A stretch of 64,000 nucleotides of DNA from Candidatus Firestoneibacteriota bacterium (GTDB taxonomy: Bacteria; Oederibacteriota; Muellerivitia; Muellerivitales; Muellerivitaceae): positions 13,944-77,943 of the forward strand of contig JABDGD010000006.1 of the NCBI GenBank assembly GCA_013286205.1. Direction: 5' to 3'. The notes beneath the pieces are model-generated. The model was not told the DNA's origin and ran no database searches. It saw only the letters and a list, made by a program, of their open reading frames with translations. This document shows, piece by piece, positions 37,826-46,157 of this stretch. Both the position numbers and the translations under genes were made by a program. Within the stretch, counting starts at the first letter, position 1; each line of letters begins with the position of its first letter.

Positions 37826-38284
37826 ATGAAAGCTGAAAAGAGTCTTCACGGTCACGAGTACGAAGTTTTTAATAAGTATCTCAAAGAAAAAGATTTGAAG
37901 TTGACCGCTCAGCGAGAGCTGATATTGGGTATTTTTCTCAAACATCACGAGCATATTTCGGCTGAGGAACTTTATCAAAAGGCCCGCGAGAAACAGGATC
38001 ATGTTGGTTTCGCGACGGTTTATAGGACGCTGAAACATTTGACGCAGTGCGGGTTGGCCCGTGAGCTGGACTTTGGTGATGGACGGATCCAGTACGAGCA
38101 TGATTTGGGCCATCAGCATCACGATCATATGATTTGTACCAAGTGTGGAACTTATATTGAGTTTTTGAACACTCAAATTGAGGAATTGCAGGAGCAGATC
38201 AGCCGTAATCATGGTTTTAAGATTACGTCGCACCGTATGCAGCTTTACGGGCTCTGTCAAAAATGCCAAAAGAGCAAAAAGTAG
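37826..38284 (+). CDS. fur: Fur-family metalloregulator
   Basis: LKLTAQRELIL winged helix. HHDHMICTKCG...CQKC metal-site motifs. ATG 37826 is preferred (GAGGAA 9 nt upstream) over TTG 37817. Confidence 0.88.
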   Translation: MKAEKSLHGHEYEVFNKYLKEKDLKLTAQRELILGIFLKHHEHISAEELYQKAREKQDHVGFATVYRTLKHLTQCGLARELDFGDGRIQYEHDLGHQHHDHMICTKCGTYIEFLNTQIEELQEQISRNHGFKITSHRMQLYGLCQKCQKSKK

Positions 38285-38307
38285 TCTCGTATTAAAGGAG
38301 CAGTCCT

Positions 38308-38787
38308 ATGTCAGATTTTCTAGTGTCGCGAGCAACCCGCGACAAACTTCAAGAAGAGTTAAAAATGCTTAAGACGGTCCGCCGCCCTCAGGTGGCTGAC
38401 GCGCTGGCGGAAGCCCGCGCCCATGGCGATTTAAAAGAAAACGCGGAGTATGACGCGGCCAAGCAAGAGCAGGGTTTGTTGGAAGCGCGCATCCGTGAAG
38501 TGGAAGATAAGCTGGCTCGTGCCCGCTTGTTGGAAGATGAAAACATCACCGGTGAACACGTTTCGATTGGCTGTGTGGTTACGGTCAAGGATCAGAAGAG
38601 CAAAGAACAAGAAATTTACCGCATTGTGGGTGAGGAAGAAGCTGATTTCGCTCAAAATAAAATTTCACTCCGCACACCCATCGCGATCGGTTTGATGGGT
38701 AAAAAAGTAGGGGATAAGGTTGAGATTCAGGTTCCGGCGGGTGTTTTAAAGTACGAGATCACAAAAATTGAGGTAGCGGCCGACTAA
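38308..38787 (+). CDS. greA: Transcription elongation factor GreA
   Basis: GDLKENAEYDAAKQEQ coiled-coil tip motif and a C-terminal FKBP-like domain. 159 aa. Confidence 0.92.
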   Translation: MSDFLVSRATRDKLQEELKMLKTVRRPQVADALAEARAHGDLKENAEYDAAKQEQGLLEARIREVEDKLARARLLEDENITGEHVSIGCVVTVKDQKSKEQEIYRIVGEEEADFAQNKISLRTPIAIGLMGKKVGDKVEIQVPAGVLKYEITKIEVAAD

Positions 38788-38799
38788 AAGCTCCGCCTA

Positions 38800-38828
38800 T
38801 TGACAGGATTGGCTGACTTTTATAGTAT
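38800..38828 (+). promoter_or_regulatory. Candidate sigma70-type promoter of the riboswitch-led operon
   Basis: TTGACA (38800-38805), 17-nt spacer, TAGTAT (38823-38828). Lies about 18 nt upstream of the riboswitch P1 helix. Confidence 0.5.
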
Positions 38829-38845
38829 CTTTTAACAATTTAACG

Positions 38846-38973
38846 CTCTTATCCAGAGTGGCAGAGGGACAGGCCCTGTGAAGCCACGGCAACCGGACCC
38901 CCAGTTTAAAACTTGGGGTTGCTAGGTGCCAATTCCTACTTCGGTAATGCAAATGTCCGAAGTGAGATGAGAG
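38846..38973 (+). promoter_or_regulatory. SAM-I (S-box) riboswitch aptamer
   Basis: P1 CTCTTATC / GATGAGAG. Conserved core: AGAGTGGCAGAGGGACAGGCCCTGTGAAGCCACGGCAACC ... GGTGCCAATTCC. Confidence 0.9.
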
Positions 38974-38990
38974 ATGGAAAACCAAAGTCA

Positions 38991-39025
38991 AAAGGCTTCC
39001 ATCTCCGTATGGAAGCCTTTTTTTA
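38991..39025 (+). terminator. Riboswitch expression-platform terminator
   Basis: Stem GGCTTCCAT / ATGGAAGCC followed by T7. The upstream GATGGAA (38972-38978) can pair with the 5' arm as an antiterminator alternative. Confidence 0.8.
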
Positions 39026-39059
39026 TTGAAGGCTCCTGGGAGCGAATTCAGGAGAATTT

Positions 39060-40292
39060 ATGAGTTACGTGAAAGCTTTAAAGTGCCGTGAGTGCGGCCA
39101 GGAATACGAAAAAGTCGCCAAGTATGTCTGCGAGTTTTGTTTTGGCCCTCTGGAAGCGGCCTATGACTATGACAAAATCAAAAAAGATATCACCCGCGAG
39201 AAAATTGCCTCCCGTCCACTGAACATCTGGCGCTATAGAGAATTGCTGCCAGTAGAAGGCGAAAAGTACAACACGCTTCAAGAAGGCTATACGCCGCTTC
39301 TGAAAGCGGACCGCTTGGGCGCCGAACTGGGCATGAAGAATCTCTACATTAAAAATGACTGCGCTAACCCGACCCATTCTTTTAAAGATCGTGTGGTGGC
39401 GGTCGCTTCGACCCGCGCTTTGGAACTGGGTTTTGATACCTTGGCCTGCGCTTCTACAGGCAACCTGGCTAATGCGGTGGCTGCTTATGGCGCCCACGCC
39501 GGTATGAAACGCCATGTCTTTATCCCTTCGGATTTAGAGAAGGGAAAGATCATCGGCGCTTTGGTTTATGACCCTAATTTGGTCGGCGTCAAAGGCAACT
39601 ATGATGACGTGAACCGCCTTTGCAGCGAAATCGCCGGTAAATACAAATGGGCCTTTGTGAATATCAATATGCGTCCTTATTACGCGGAAGGTTCCAAAAC
39701 CCTGGCTTTTGAAACGGCTGAACAGTTGGGCTGGGTCGCGCCAGACCAAGTTGTGGTGCCGGTCGCCTCGGGATCTCTTTTAACCAAGATTTGGAAGGGC
39801 ACTCAGGAATTTATTAAAGTGGGTCTTATCGCGGATAAAAAAATGCGTGTGTTTGGCGCACAAGCCGAAGGTTGTTCTCCAGTGACTACCGCCTATAAAG
39901 CGAAGGTAGATACTTTCCGTCCTGTGAAACCCAATACGATCGCTAAGTCTTTGGCCATTGGAAATCCGGCGGATGGTTATTATGCTTTGAAGACCATCGC
40001 GGAATCAAACGGCGGAGCCGAGATGGCCTCTGATCCGGAAATTATCGAGGGCATTAAGCTTTTGGCCCGCACGGAAGGTATCTTTGCTGAGACCGCTGGC
40101 GGGGTAACGATTGCCTGCTTGAAGAAACTAGTCGAGTCCGGCGCGTTGGATAAGGATGCGGTGACTGTGGCTTATATCACCGGCACGGGTTTAAAAACCC
40201 AGGAAGCGGTGGCCGATCACCTGAGAGAAGTGAAGATCATTCAACCCAATCTGGAAGCTTTCGAAGCCAGCCAATTACAGCCGGTTTCTTAA
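39060..40292 (+). CDS. Threonine-synthase-like PLP enzyme with N-terminal zinc ribbon (ThrC paralog)
   Basis: CRECGQEY...CEFCFGPL ribbon. [11 protein letters not shown]-lysine motif. ASTGNLANA. 410 aa. It is the second ThrC-family gene in the window. Confidence 0.85.
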   Translation: MSYVKALKCRECGQEYEKVAKYVCEFCFGPLEAAYDYDKIKKDITREKIASRPLNIWRYRELLPVEGEKYNTLQEGYTPLLKADRLGAELGMKNLYIKNDCANPTHSFKDRVVAVASTRALELGFDTLACASTGNLANAVAAYGAHAGMKRHVFIPSDLEKGKIIGALVYDPNLVGVKGNYDDVNRLCSEIAGKYKWAFVNINMRPYYAEGSKTLAFETAEQLGWVAPDQVVVPVASGSLLTKIWKGTQEFIKVGLIADKKMRVFGAQAEGCSPVTTAYKAKVDTFRPVKPNTIAKSLAIGNPADGYYALKTIAESNGGAEMASDPEIIEGIKLLARTEGIFAETAGGVTIACLKKLVESGALDKDAVTVAYITGTGLKTQEAVADHLREVKIIQPNLEAFEASQLQPVS

Positions 40293-40383
40293 GTTTTTCG
40301 AAGAATGGATTGTGAAAAAGGTCTGGCAAATTCAGCCGTCCTTCAGTCATAATCAGCACTCAAATTCACCAGGAGGCTTCACC

Positions 40384-40662
40384 ATGGCCGTAAAAGTATT
40401 GATCCCTACACCCTTACGCAATTTGACCAATAACCAGGCGGAAGTCTCGGCCGAAGGCAACACCGTGGCCGAATTGATCGACCAACTCAGCAAAAGCTAT
40501 AACGGTCTTCGCGACCGGTTGGTGGATGAAAACGGCAAAATCCGCCGCTTTGTGAATATTTACGTCAACGAAGAGGATATCCGCTTCTTGCAGGGTGAAT
40601 CGACCGCGCTGAAAGCCGGCGATCAGGTCTCCATCGTGCCGGCCATCGCTGGCGGCAAGTAA
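40384..40662 (+). CDS. CysO/MoaD/ThiS-family sulfur-carrier protein ending in GGK
   Basis: [14 protein letters not shown]...[14 protein letters not shown] closely resembles CysO-type carriers. Start set to ATG 40384 (AGGAGG Shine-Dalgarno) rather than track start 40312. Confidence 0.82.
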   Translation: MAVKVLIPTPLRNLTNNQAEVSAEGNTVAELIDQLSKSYNGLRDRLVDENGKIRRFVNIYVNEEDIRFLQGESTALKAGDQVSIVPAIAGGK

Positions 40663-40673
40663 GCTCTCGTTTT

Positions 40674-40705
40674 AAAGGCTCCTTTTGAGGAGCCTTTATT
40701 TTTTT
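40674..40705 (+). terminator. Hairpin plus T-tract between the carrier gene and the NIL gene
   Basis: Perfect 9-bp stem AAAGGCTCC / GGAGCCTTT, 6-nt loop, then ATTTTTTT. Confidence 0.65.
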
Positions 40706-40719
40706 AGAAGGACAATCCC

Positions 40720-40968
40720 ATGGCGAATCTCAAAAAATTGGTCGAATTAGATTACCCCAACGAATTGGTCACCGAACCGGTTCTTTCTAACGTTATTAAG
40801 AAGTTCAATATAAGCGTCAATCTGCGCAGGGCTTCTATTACCAAGGGCTTTGGCTATGTTCAAATGCAAATTGAGGGTGAAGAACAAGAAGTGAAAAAGG
40901 CCCTGGCCGAACTGACAAGCAAGGGTATTGACGTCAATCCTATCGAAAAAGACGTATTAGAGTCCTAA
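40720..40968 (+). CDS. Stand-alone NIL-domain protein
   Basis: 82 aa. EPVLSNVIKKFNISVNLRRASI...GYVQMQIEGEE...ALAELTSKGIDV matches the NIL-domain pattern (as in the MetN C-terminus). Confidence 0.7.
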   Translation: MANLKKLVELDYPNELVTEPVLSNVIKKFNISVNLRRASITKGFGYVQMQIEGEEQEVKKALAELTSKGIDVNPIEKDVLES

Positions 40969-41630
40969 TGACCTCAGCTGATCAAAACGATAAATACAGC
41001 CGTCAAACTATTCTTCCGGGTGTGGGCCCGGAAGGTCAAAAAAAATGGACTGACGCCCATGTGCTTTTAGCGGGTGAAGGCATGGCTTTGCTGGCTGGGG
41101 TTCAAGCTCTGTCGTCCGTCGGCGTGTCGAAAATAACCTTGCTGGTCCACGAACACTTTGATCCCTCGTTTTTGGTTTCTAATCCTCCCCAAATTAGTGT
41201 GGAAGCTATTCCGATGACGGCCCAACTGCCCAGCTTTACCGCCGCTTTGGTGGTCTCTCCCAACACGAAGCTTCGCCGTCAGCTCAACCGCGTTTTTCGA
41301 AAAAATCACCAACCCGCGGTTTTCGCCTGGCCATCCGGCAGCGGTTTCGCCTTGTTTACCAGCCGGTATCAAAATGGCTGTCCCTGCTTAGAATGTTTCG
41401 AGGTGCTAAATCCGAAGGCTTTCTCCAAAGGTGGCCATTCCATTGACCGATTGTTGGGTGCTTCCGCGGCATCTGAGGTGCTGGAACTGATTTTGAACGG
41501 CGACTCGCCTTTAGAAAACAAGGTTTGGATTACGGCTTTAGAATCCGGTTTGTCAGTCAAACACGAAGTGATGCCTACTTACAAATGTCCCGCCAAAATG
41601 ATTGAGAATGGCGCGGTGGTGACGCCGTGA
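40968..41630 (+). CDS. ThiF/MoeB-like E1 fold protein with degenerate nucleotide-binding motif
   Basis: YSRQTILPGVGPEGQKKW E1-type start. The glycine loop reads LLAGEGMALLAG instead of GxGxxG. CPCLEC and YKCP Cys pairs are retained. TAATG overlap with the NIL gene. Confidence 0.6.
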   Translation: MTSADQNDKYSRQTILPGVGPEGQKKWTDAHVLLAGEGMALLAGVQALSSVGVSKITLLVHEHFDPSFLVSNPPQISVEAIPMTAQLPSFTAALVVSPNTKLRRQLNRVFRKNHQPAVFAWPSGSGFALFTSRYQNGCPCLECFEVLNPKAFSKGGHSIDRLLGASAASEVLELILNGDSPLENKVWITALESGLSVKHEVMPTYKCPAKMIENGAVVTP

Positions 41631-42589
41631 GCGAGTATAACCGGTACCCGGTTGCCGCGGATGTGACAGGCCTTATTGGCGAAACACCGCTTCTTAAACT
41701 CAAACGCATTCCCGAAAAAAACAGCGCCCAAATTCTTTGCAAGTTAGAGTTCTATAACCCTGGCGGCAGCGTGAAAGACCGTATCGCCCTTGCCATGATC
41801 GTTGACGCCGAAAAGAAGGGGCTCTTAAAGCCGGGAGGTACTTTGGTGGAACCCACCAGCGGTAACACCGGTATTGGTTTGGCGATGGTTTGCGCGCAAA
41901 GAGGGTACAAGCTGATTCTGGTTATGCCGGAAGATATGAGCCAGGAACGCCGCGTTTTACTCAAGGCTTATGGAGCTGACCTGGTTTTAACACCTGCTCA
42001 GGGGTTTATGACTGAGGCGGTCCGCAAAGCCAAAGAAATCAAAGAACAAAATCCCCAGTACTTCATGCCCGAACAGTTCGCTAATCGAGCCAATCCCGAA
42101 TCGCACAAATGCACCACAGCGCCTGAAATCGACAAAGACACCGAAGGTAAGTTTGATGCTTTTGTGGCTGGCATCGGCACTGGCGGTACCATTACGGGCG
42201 TGGGGGAATATTTCAAAGCCAAAAATTCCAATGTGAAAATTATTGGGGTGGAACCAGCCGCTTCGGCTGTTTTGTCCGGCGGTAAGCCGGGGGTTCACCG
42301 CATTCAGGGTATTGGCGCAGGTTTTATTCCGTCGGTTCTCAACCGTTCGGTGATTGATGAAATGGTCACAGTTACGGATCACGAAGCCTATCTCATGACC
42401 AAACGTCTCGCCCGCGAAGAAGGTCTTTTATTGGGTATTTCCTCTGGTGCTAATGTGGCCGCCGCGCTTAAAGTTGGCGCGAAGTTAGGCCCTCAAGCCC
42501 GGGTAGTCACTATCTGCTGTGACATGGGCGAGCGTTACTTTAGCCTTGAGGCTGAATTTGAATCCGAATTGGCTTCCAGCAACCTCTAG
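41627..42589 (+). CDS. Cysteine synthase family (CysK/CysM-like) PLP enzyme
   Basis: NPGGSVKDRIA PLP-lysine motif, TSGNTGIGLA, GIGTGGTITG. GTGA overlap with the E1-like gene. Confidence 0.88.
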   Translation: MSEYNRYPVAADVTGLIGETPLLKLKRIPEKNSAQILCKLEFYNPGGSVKDRIALAMIVDAEKKGLLKPGGTLVEPTSGNTGIGLAMVCAQRGYKLILVMPEDMSQERRVLLKAYGADLVLTPAQGFMTEAVRKAKEIKEQNPQYFMPEQFANRANPESHKCTTAPEIDKDTEGKFDAFVAGIGTGGTITGVGEYFKAKNSNVKIIGVEPAASAVLSGGKPGVHRIQGIGAGFIPSVLNRSVIDEMVTVTDHEAYLMTKRLAREEGLLLGISSGANVAAALKVGAKLGPQARVVTICCDMGERYFSLEAEFESELASSNL

Positions 42590-42660
42590 TCGTTTCCTTT
42601 GGGTAAGTTCTTGTTATCACTCCCAATCTTTCTTACTGTATTTAAAACCGAGGTGAAACC

Positions 42661-43287
42661 ATGTCCCTGAAAATCGAAGTCTATTCCGATGTCATTTGTC
42701 CCTGGTGCTATCTGGGCGAAAGCCGGCTCAAAGAAGCTATCGCTTCGCATCCGAAGGGTGCCGAAGTCGAGGTTCGCTACTTGCCCTACGAGCTTAATCC
42801 GGCCACTCCGCCCGAAGGGCATGATCGTAAGGAGTATCTCCAGGCTAAATACGGCGACCGTATTAAACAGGCGGATGAACGTTTAAAGGCTTTCGGCAAG
42901 CAGGCGGGGATTGAGTACAACTTTGATAAAGCCAACCGTATTCCCAATACGCTCAAGGCGCACCGTCTCATCTGGTTCGCGGATCAGAAGGGCGCGCAGG
43001 AAAGGGCTGTGAACGGATTGTTTAAAGCTTACTTTACGGATGGGGTTGATATCGGTGATACAGCCTCATTGAGCAAGTTAGCGGCGCAATGGGGATTAGA
43101 CTCTACTGAAGTTGAAAAGTTTTTAAACTCCGAAAAAGGTCAGGAAGAAGTACGCGGGTTAGAAGAAGCGGGATATAACCTGGGTGTGACTGGCGTTCCG
43201 TTCTTTGTGTTTGACGGTAAGGCGGCGGTTTCGGGCGCGCAAGATGTGCATACCTTTACCGAAATCATTACGGATATGACGACCTAA
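42661..43287 (+). CDS. DsbA/FrnE-family thiol oxidoreductase
   Basis: YSDVICPWCYLG CxxC motif and C-terminal GVTGVPFFVF. Confidence 0.82.
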   Translation: MSLKIEVYSDVICPWCYLGESRLKEAIASHPKGAEVEVRYLPYELNPATPPEGHDRKEYLQAKYGDRIKQADERLKAFGKQAGIEYNFDKANRIPNTLKAHRLIWFADQKGAQERAVNGLFKAYFTDGVDIGDTASLSKLAAQWGLDSTEVEKFLNSEKGQEEVRGLEEAGYNLGVTGVPFFVFDGKAAVSGAQDVHTFTEIITDMTT

Positions 43288-43901
43288 TTAACGCTCCACC
43301 CGCTGTGAATCTTAAAGTCCACGGGTTGCTGGGCAATAATTTTGGATTCTTCGACCAACAACTTCTTCCAACGGATATCCACCTCTAAATCGGGAGAAAC
43401 CTTCTTCGCCATATCGAGAAATATCTGGTAATGGCCGTTTTCAGAGGCGATCAAGCCGCTGTAAAACTTATTCAAGTCGGCGTCTTTTGCCTCTTCCGTC
43501 AGCCGGATAAACCGCTCGCAGGAACGGGCCTCCACTAACGCGGAAACAATCAACCGGTCGGTTAAGTCGTCTTTACCGCCGCCCTTACGAATCAATTTTC
43601 TCAAATCATAGGCATAAGGGTTTTTGTGGGCCCTTTCTAACTCGCCGCCCTTTTTTTCCAATAGCTTTAAAGCGGCCTGCATATGGGCGGTTTCGTCGCG
43701 GGCAATGGCGGCCACCGAAGCCAGCCAGTGCAGCGGAGCCTGTGGGCCGGGCCAAAGGTTTAAAAACTCCAAGGCGTTATTGGCGGCTTTTTTTTCCAGA
43801 TAAACTTGGTCGGATAGTAGAGCGTGGGTGTTTTCCAGAACCTGTTTAGCCCATTTGGCGGGGGTAAGGGTGAGCAGAGGTATGTCGTAAGAGGTTGGCA
43901 C
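43284..43901 (-). CDS. miaE: tRNA-(ms2io6A)-hydroxylase MiaE-like di-iron protein
   Basis: Ferritin-like helices with YLEKKAANNA, ARDETAHM, EARSCERF and ASENGHY (ExxH-type ligands). About 200 aa. Confidence 0.65.
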   Translation of the reverse strand: MPTSYDIPLLTLTPAKWAKQVLENTHALLSDQVYLEKKAANNALEFLNLWPGPQAPLHWLASVAAIARDETAHMQAALKLLEKKGGELERAHKNPYAYDLRKLIRKGGGKDDLTDRLIVSALVEARSCERFIRLTEEAKDADLNKFYSGLIASENGHYQIFLDMAKKVSPDLEVDIRWKKLLVEESKIIAQQPVDFKIHSGWSVN

Positions 43902-43984
43902 CGATCATCTTTCTTCATCATTTAAAGTGAATCGAACGACTTTGAAGGTAAAATGAAATATATTTTAACGGTAAAGAGGAAGCG

Positions 43985-44926
43985 TTGTCTCAAATTAAAA
44001 ATAAAAACCTGGATAATCATTGGCTGCGCGTCTTGATCGAGGATTTTCGCTCGATGGGTTGGGCGATTGGCCAGGTCATCGCTAAAGCTAAATCCCCTAA
44101 TCAAGTCCATAAAAGACATATTGCGGGTTCGCTGGCGTTTAAGACTGTTTTGGCCCTGGTACCGGCGCTGGCCATTGTGATGGCTATTTTGGCAAATGAC
44201 GCCTTCAGCGAAAAACGGGAACAACTTTTAGATCAGATTGTGGACGCCATTTACCCGGTGCAAACACAGACCGACAGCACCTTTTTAGACCCGGATGAAC
44301 CTAAAAATCTCCAACAGCTAAACAAAGTGGGGAAGCAGGAAATCCGTATCTCCATGAAAAAGTTCGCGGTTTATTCTCAGAAGGCCGGTCTTTTTGGTTT
44401 TGCGGGTTTTTTGATTGTTCTTTTTTTACTCATGCGCGACATCGAACACTCTTTTAATTTTCTCTGGGGTTTGGAAAAGCAAAGACCCTTTTACCTTCAA
44501 ATGATACGGCATACGGTTTTCTTTATTGGCCTGCCGATTTTGGCGATCGCGTTATTAACTCTTAAGGGCTGGGTTTCTTATTTTGATATGTCCCGGCCTT
44601 TGCTCCATGTCTGGTTTTTTTCCACCTTTTTGCCGTTTTTAACGGTCGCAGCGGCCTGCGCCTGGATGTATTTGCTGCTGCCCAATACTAAAGTGGATAA
44701 ACGCTCTGCAATTTTAACAGGGCTGCTAGTGAGTTTTCTTTTAGAAATGGCCCGCTGGTTGATGAACTGGTACACCCTCAAAATCTTCGAACGCTCCCAT
44801 ATTTACGGCGCGCTTTGGATGTTCCCCCTGATCTTGCTCTGGTTCTATGTGTCCTGGACCGTTATTTTGTTTGGGGCCGAACTAACTTACTTTGTTCAAA
44901 AACACCGCAGTCGAAGTTCCGCTTAA
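43985..44926 (+). CDS. YihY/BrkB-family membrane protein
   Basis: Six predicted TM segments and the C-terminal WFYVSWTVILFGAELTY motif. Confidence 0.75.
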   Translation: MSQIKNKNLDNHWLRVLIEDFRSMGWAIGQVIAKAKSPNQVHKRHIAGSLAFKTVLALVPALAIVMAILANDAFSEKREQLLDQIVDAIYPVQTQTDSTFLDPDEPKNLQQLNKVGKQEIRISMKKFAVYSQKAGLFGFAGFLIVLFLLMRDIEHSFNFLWGLEKQRPFYLQMIRHTVFFIGLPILAIALLTLKGWVSYFDMSRPLLHVWFFSTFLPFLTVAAACAWMYLLLPNTKVDKRSAILTGLLVSFLLEMARWLMNWYTLKIFERSHIYGALWMFPLILLWFYVSWTVILFGAELTYFVQKHRSRSSA

Positions 44927-46086
44927 TTCTGCTTCTTTTTCTTCTTTTTCTGATCTTTTGTTCCGGGGCGCACGGGTCTTAGCTGTTGTTTTCTCGCTTT
45001 GTTCTGCCCGCGGGTGATATTCATTTGGGCTTTCGGTTTTTGCGGATCGGGGACTATTTTTTTATTTGGTTTTTCCTGATTTTTATTTTGTTTTTGACCA
45101 GGTTTGGTAATGGGCGTTCTTTTTTGGTTGGCGGATGGGCGTTGTGCGGCAGTCTGCTTTAGTTTGGGTTTCGTCATGGATTTTGTTTTCTTTCCCGCCG
45201 GACTTTTTGATTTTTTAAGATGAGAATCGGTTATGGGTTTGGCTTTTTGTTCTGACGGTCGCCGGGGTTGACGCACCGGTTTGCGAGACAAGTCCATGGG
45301 ATAGCTCAGGCGGTTTTGCCGCTTCTGCTGAACGATGGTTTTGATGCGAGACCAGGTTTGATAATGTTTCTTTTCACTGAGGTTTAAACTACGTTGGGGC
45401 AAGAAACCTGATTTTTTGAGGGAGAAGGTGGAGTGCTGGTTGGCGGTTACTTTCTGCACCTGGCCATTCTTTTTCATTTCCACGATGCCGTGAAAGGTGT
45501 TTGTCACCACATTGTCATCCTGTTTTTGAACCTCGAAGCCCGTTCCGCGAACGCCGCAGACCACGCCCCCCGCGTCTATCTCAAAGCTTGATTTGCTTTC
45601 ATTTAATTTTTCAACTTCGGACAATACATTTCCCAGCAACAGTTCCAGGCGGCTGGTAAAGCCGTGGGTCGTGTTGGGGGTGAGATCCGCGACCTTCACC
45701 TGGCTGTTTGCCCCTATGTGAACAAGGGTATTGTTGTTGAGTGCCAGGGTCATTTCAGAATTGTCTTTGGTAATGACTGAGTCGCCTGCCTCTACCGACT
45801 CGCCTTCCTCGGCGGTTTCGGGCACGGTGGAATCAAAAGGCATAATCAGAGCTGTTCCTTTAATGTCCTCAATGGAGTACTCCAAAACGGTAGATTCTGG
45901 TGTAGGTGTAAAGACCAGGGCTAATGAGGTTGTGGGGGAAGCGGCGGCGAGAATGGGTGTGGCGACAGGGGTAGGTAAGGCCATTTCGGTACTGACGGGT
46001 TTAGGGGAGCGCTTAAAGGTTAAAGCGGCCAAAACTAAAAGCAAGGTGATCAAGATCAGCAGTTTTTTCATGGGGGGTATTTTCAC
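44923..46086 (-). CDS. Secreted FecR-domain protein with a long Lys/Pro/Gln-rich tail
   Basis: Signal peptide. FecR-like beta segment (FEIDAGGVVCGVRGTGFEV). The last ~130 residues are basic low complexity, ending KKKKKKQN. Confidence 0.6.
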   Translation of the reverse strand: MKIPPMKKLLILITLLLVLAALTFKRSPKPVSTEMALPTPVATPILAAASPTTSLALVFTPTPESTVLEYSIEDIKGTALIMPFDSTVPETAEEGESVEAGDSVITKDNSEMTLALNNNTLVHIGANSQVKVADLTPNTTHGFTSRLELLLGNVLSEVEKLNESKSSFEIDAGGVVCGVRGTGFEVQKQDDNVVTNTFHGIVEMKKNGQVQKVTANQHSTFSLKKSGFLPQRSLNLSEKKHYQTWSRIKTIVQQKRQNRLSYPMDLSRKPVRQPRRPSEQKAKPITDSHLKKSKSPAGKKTKSMTKPKLKQTAAQRPSANQKRTPITKPGQKQNKNQEKPNKKIVPDPQKPKAQMNITRGQNKARKQQLRPVRPGTKDQKKKKKKQN

Positions 46087-46157
46087 GCAAAACGCTGAAA
46101 ATGTCCTGTGGAATATGGTAAGGTTTCATCGCTTTAAACTGTCTTTTTGAGGATCGA

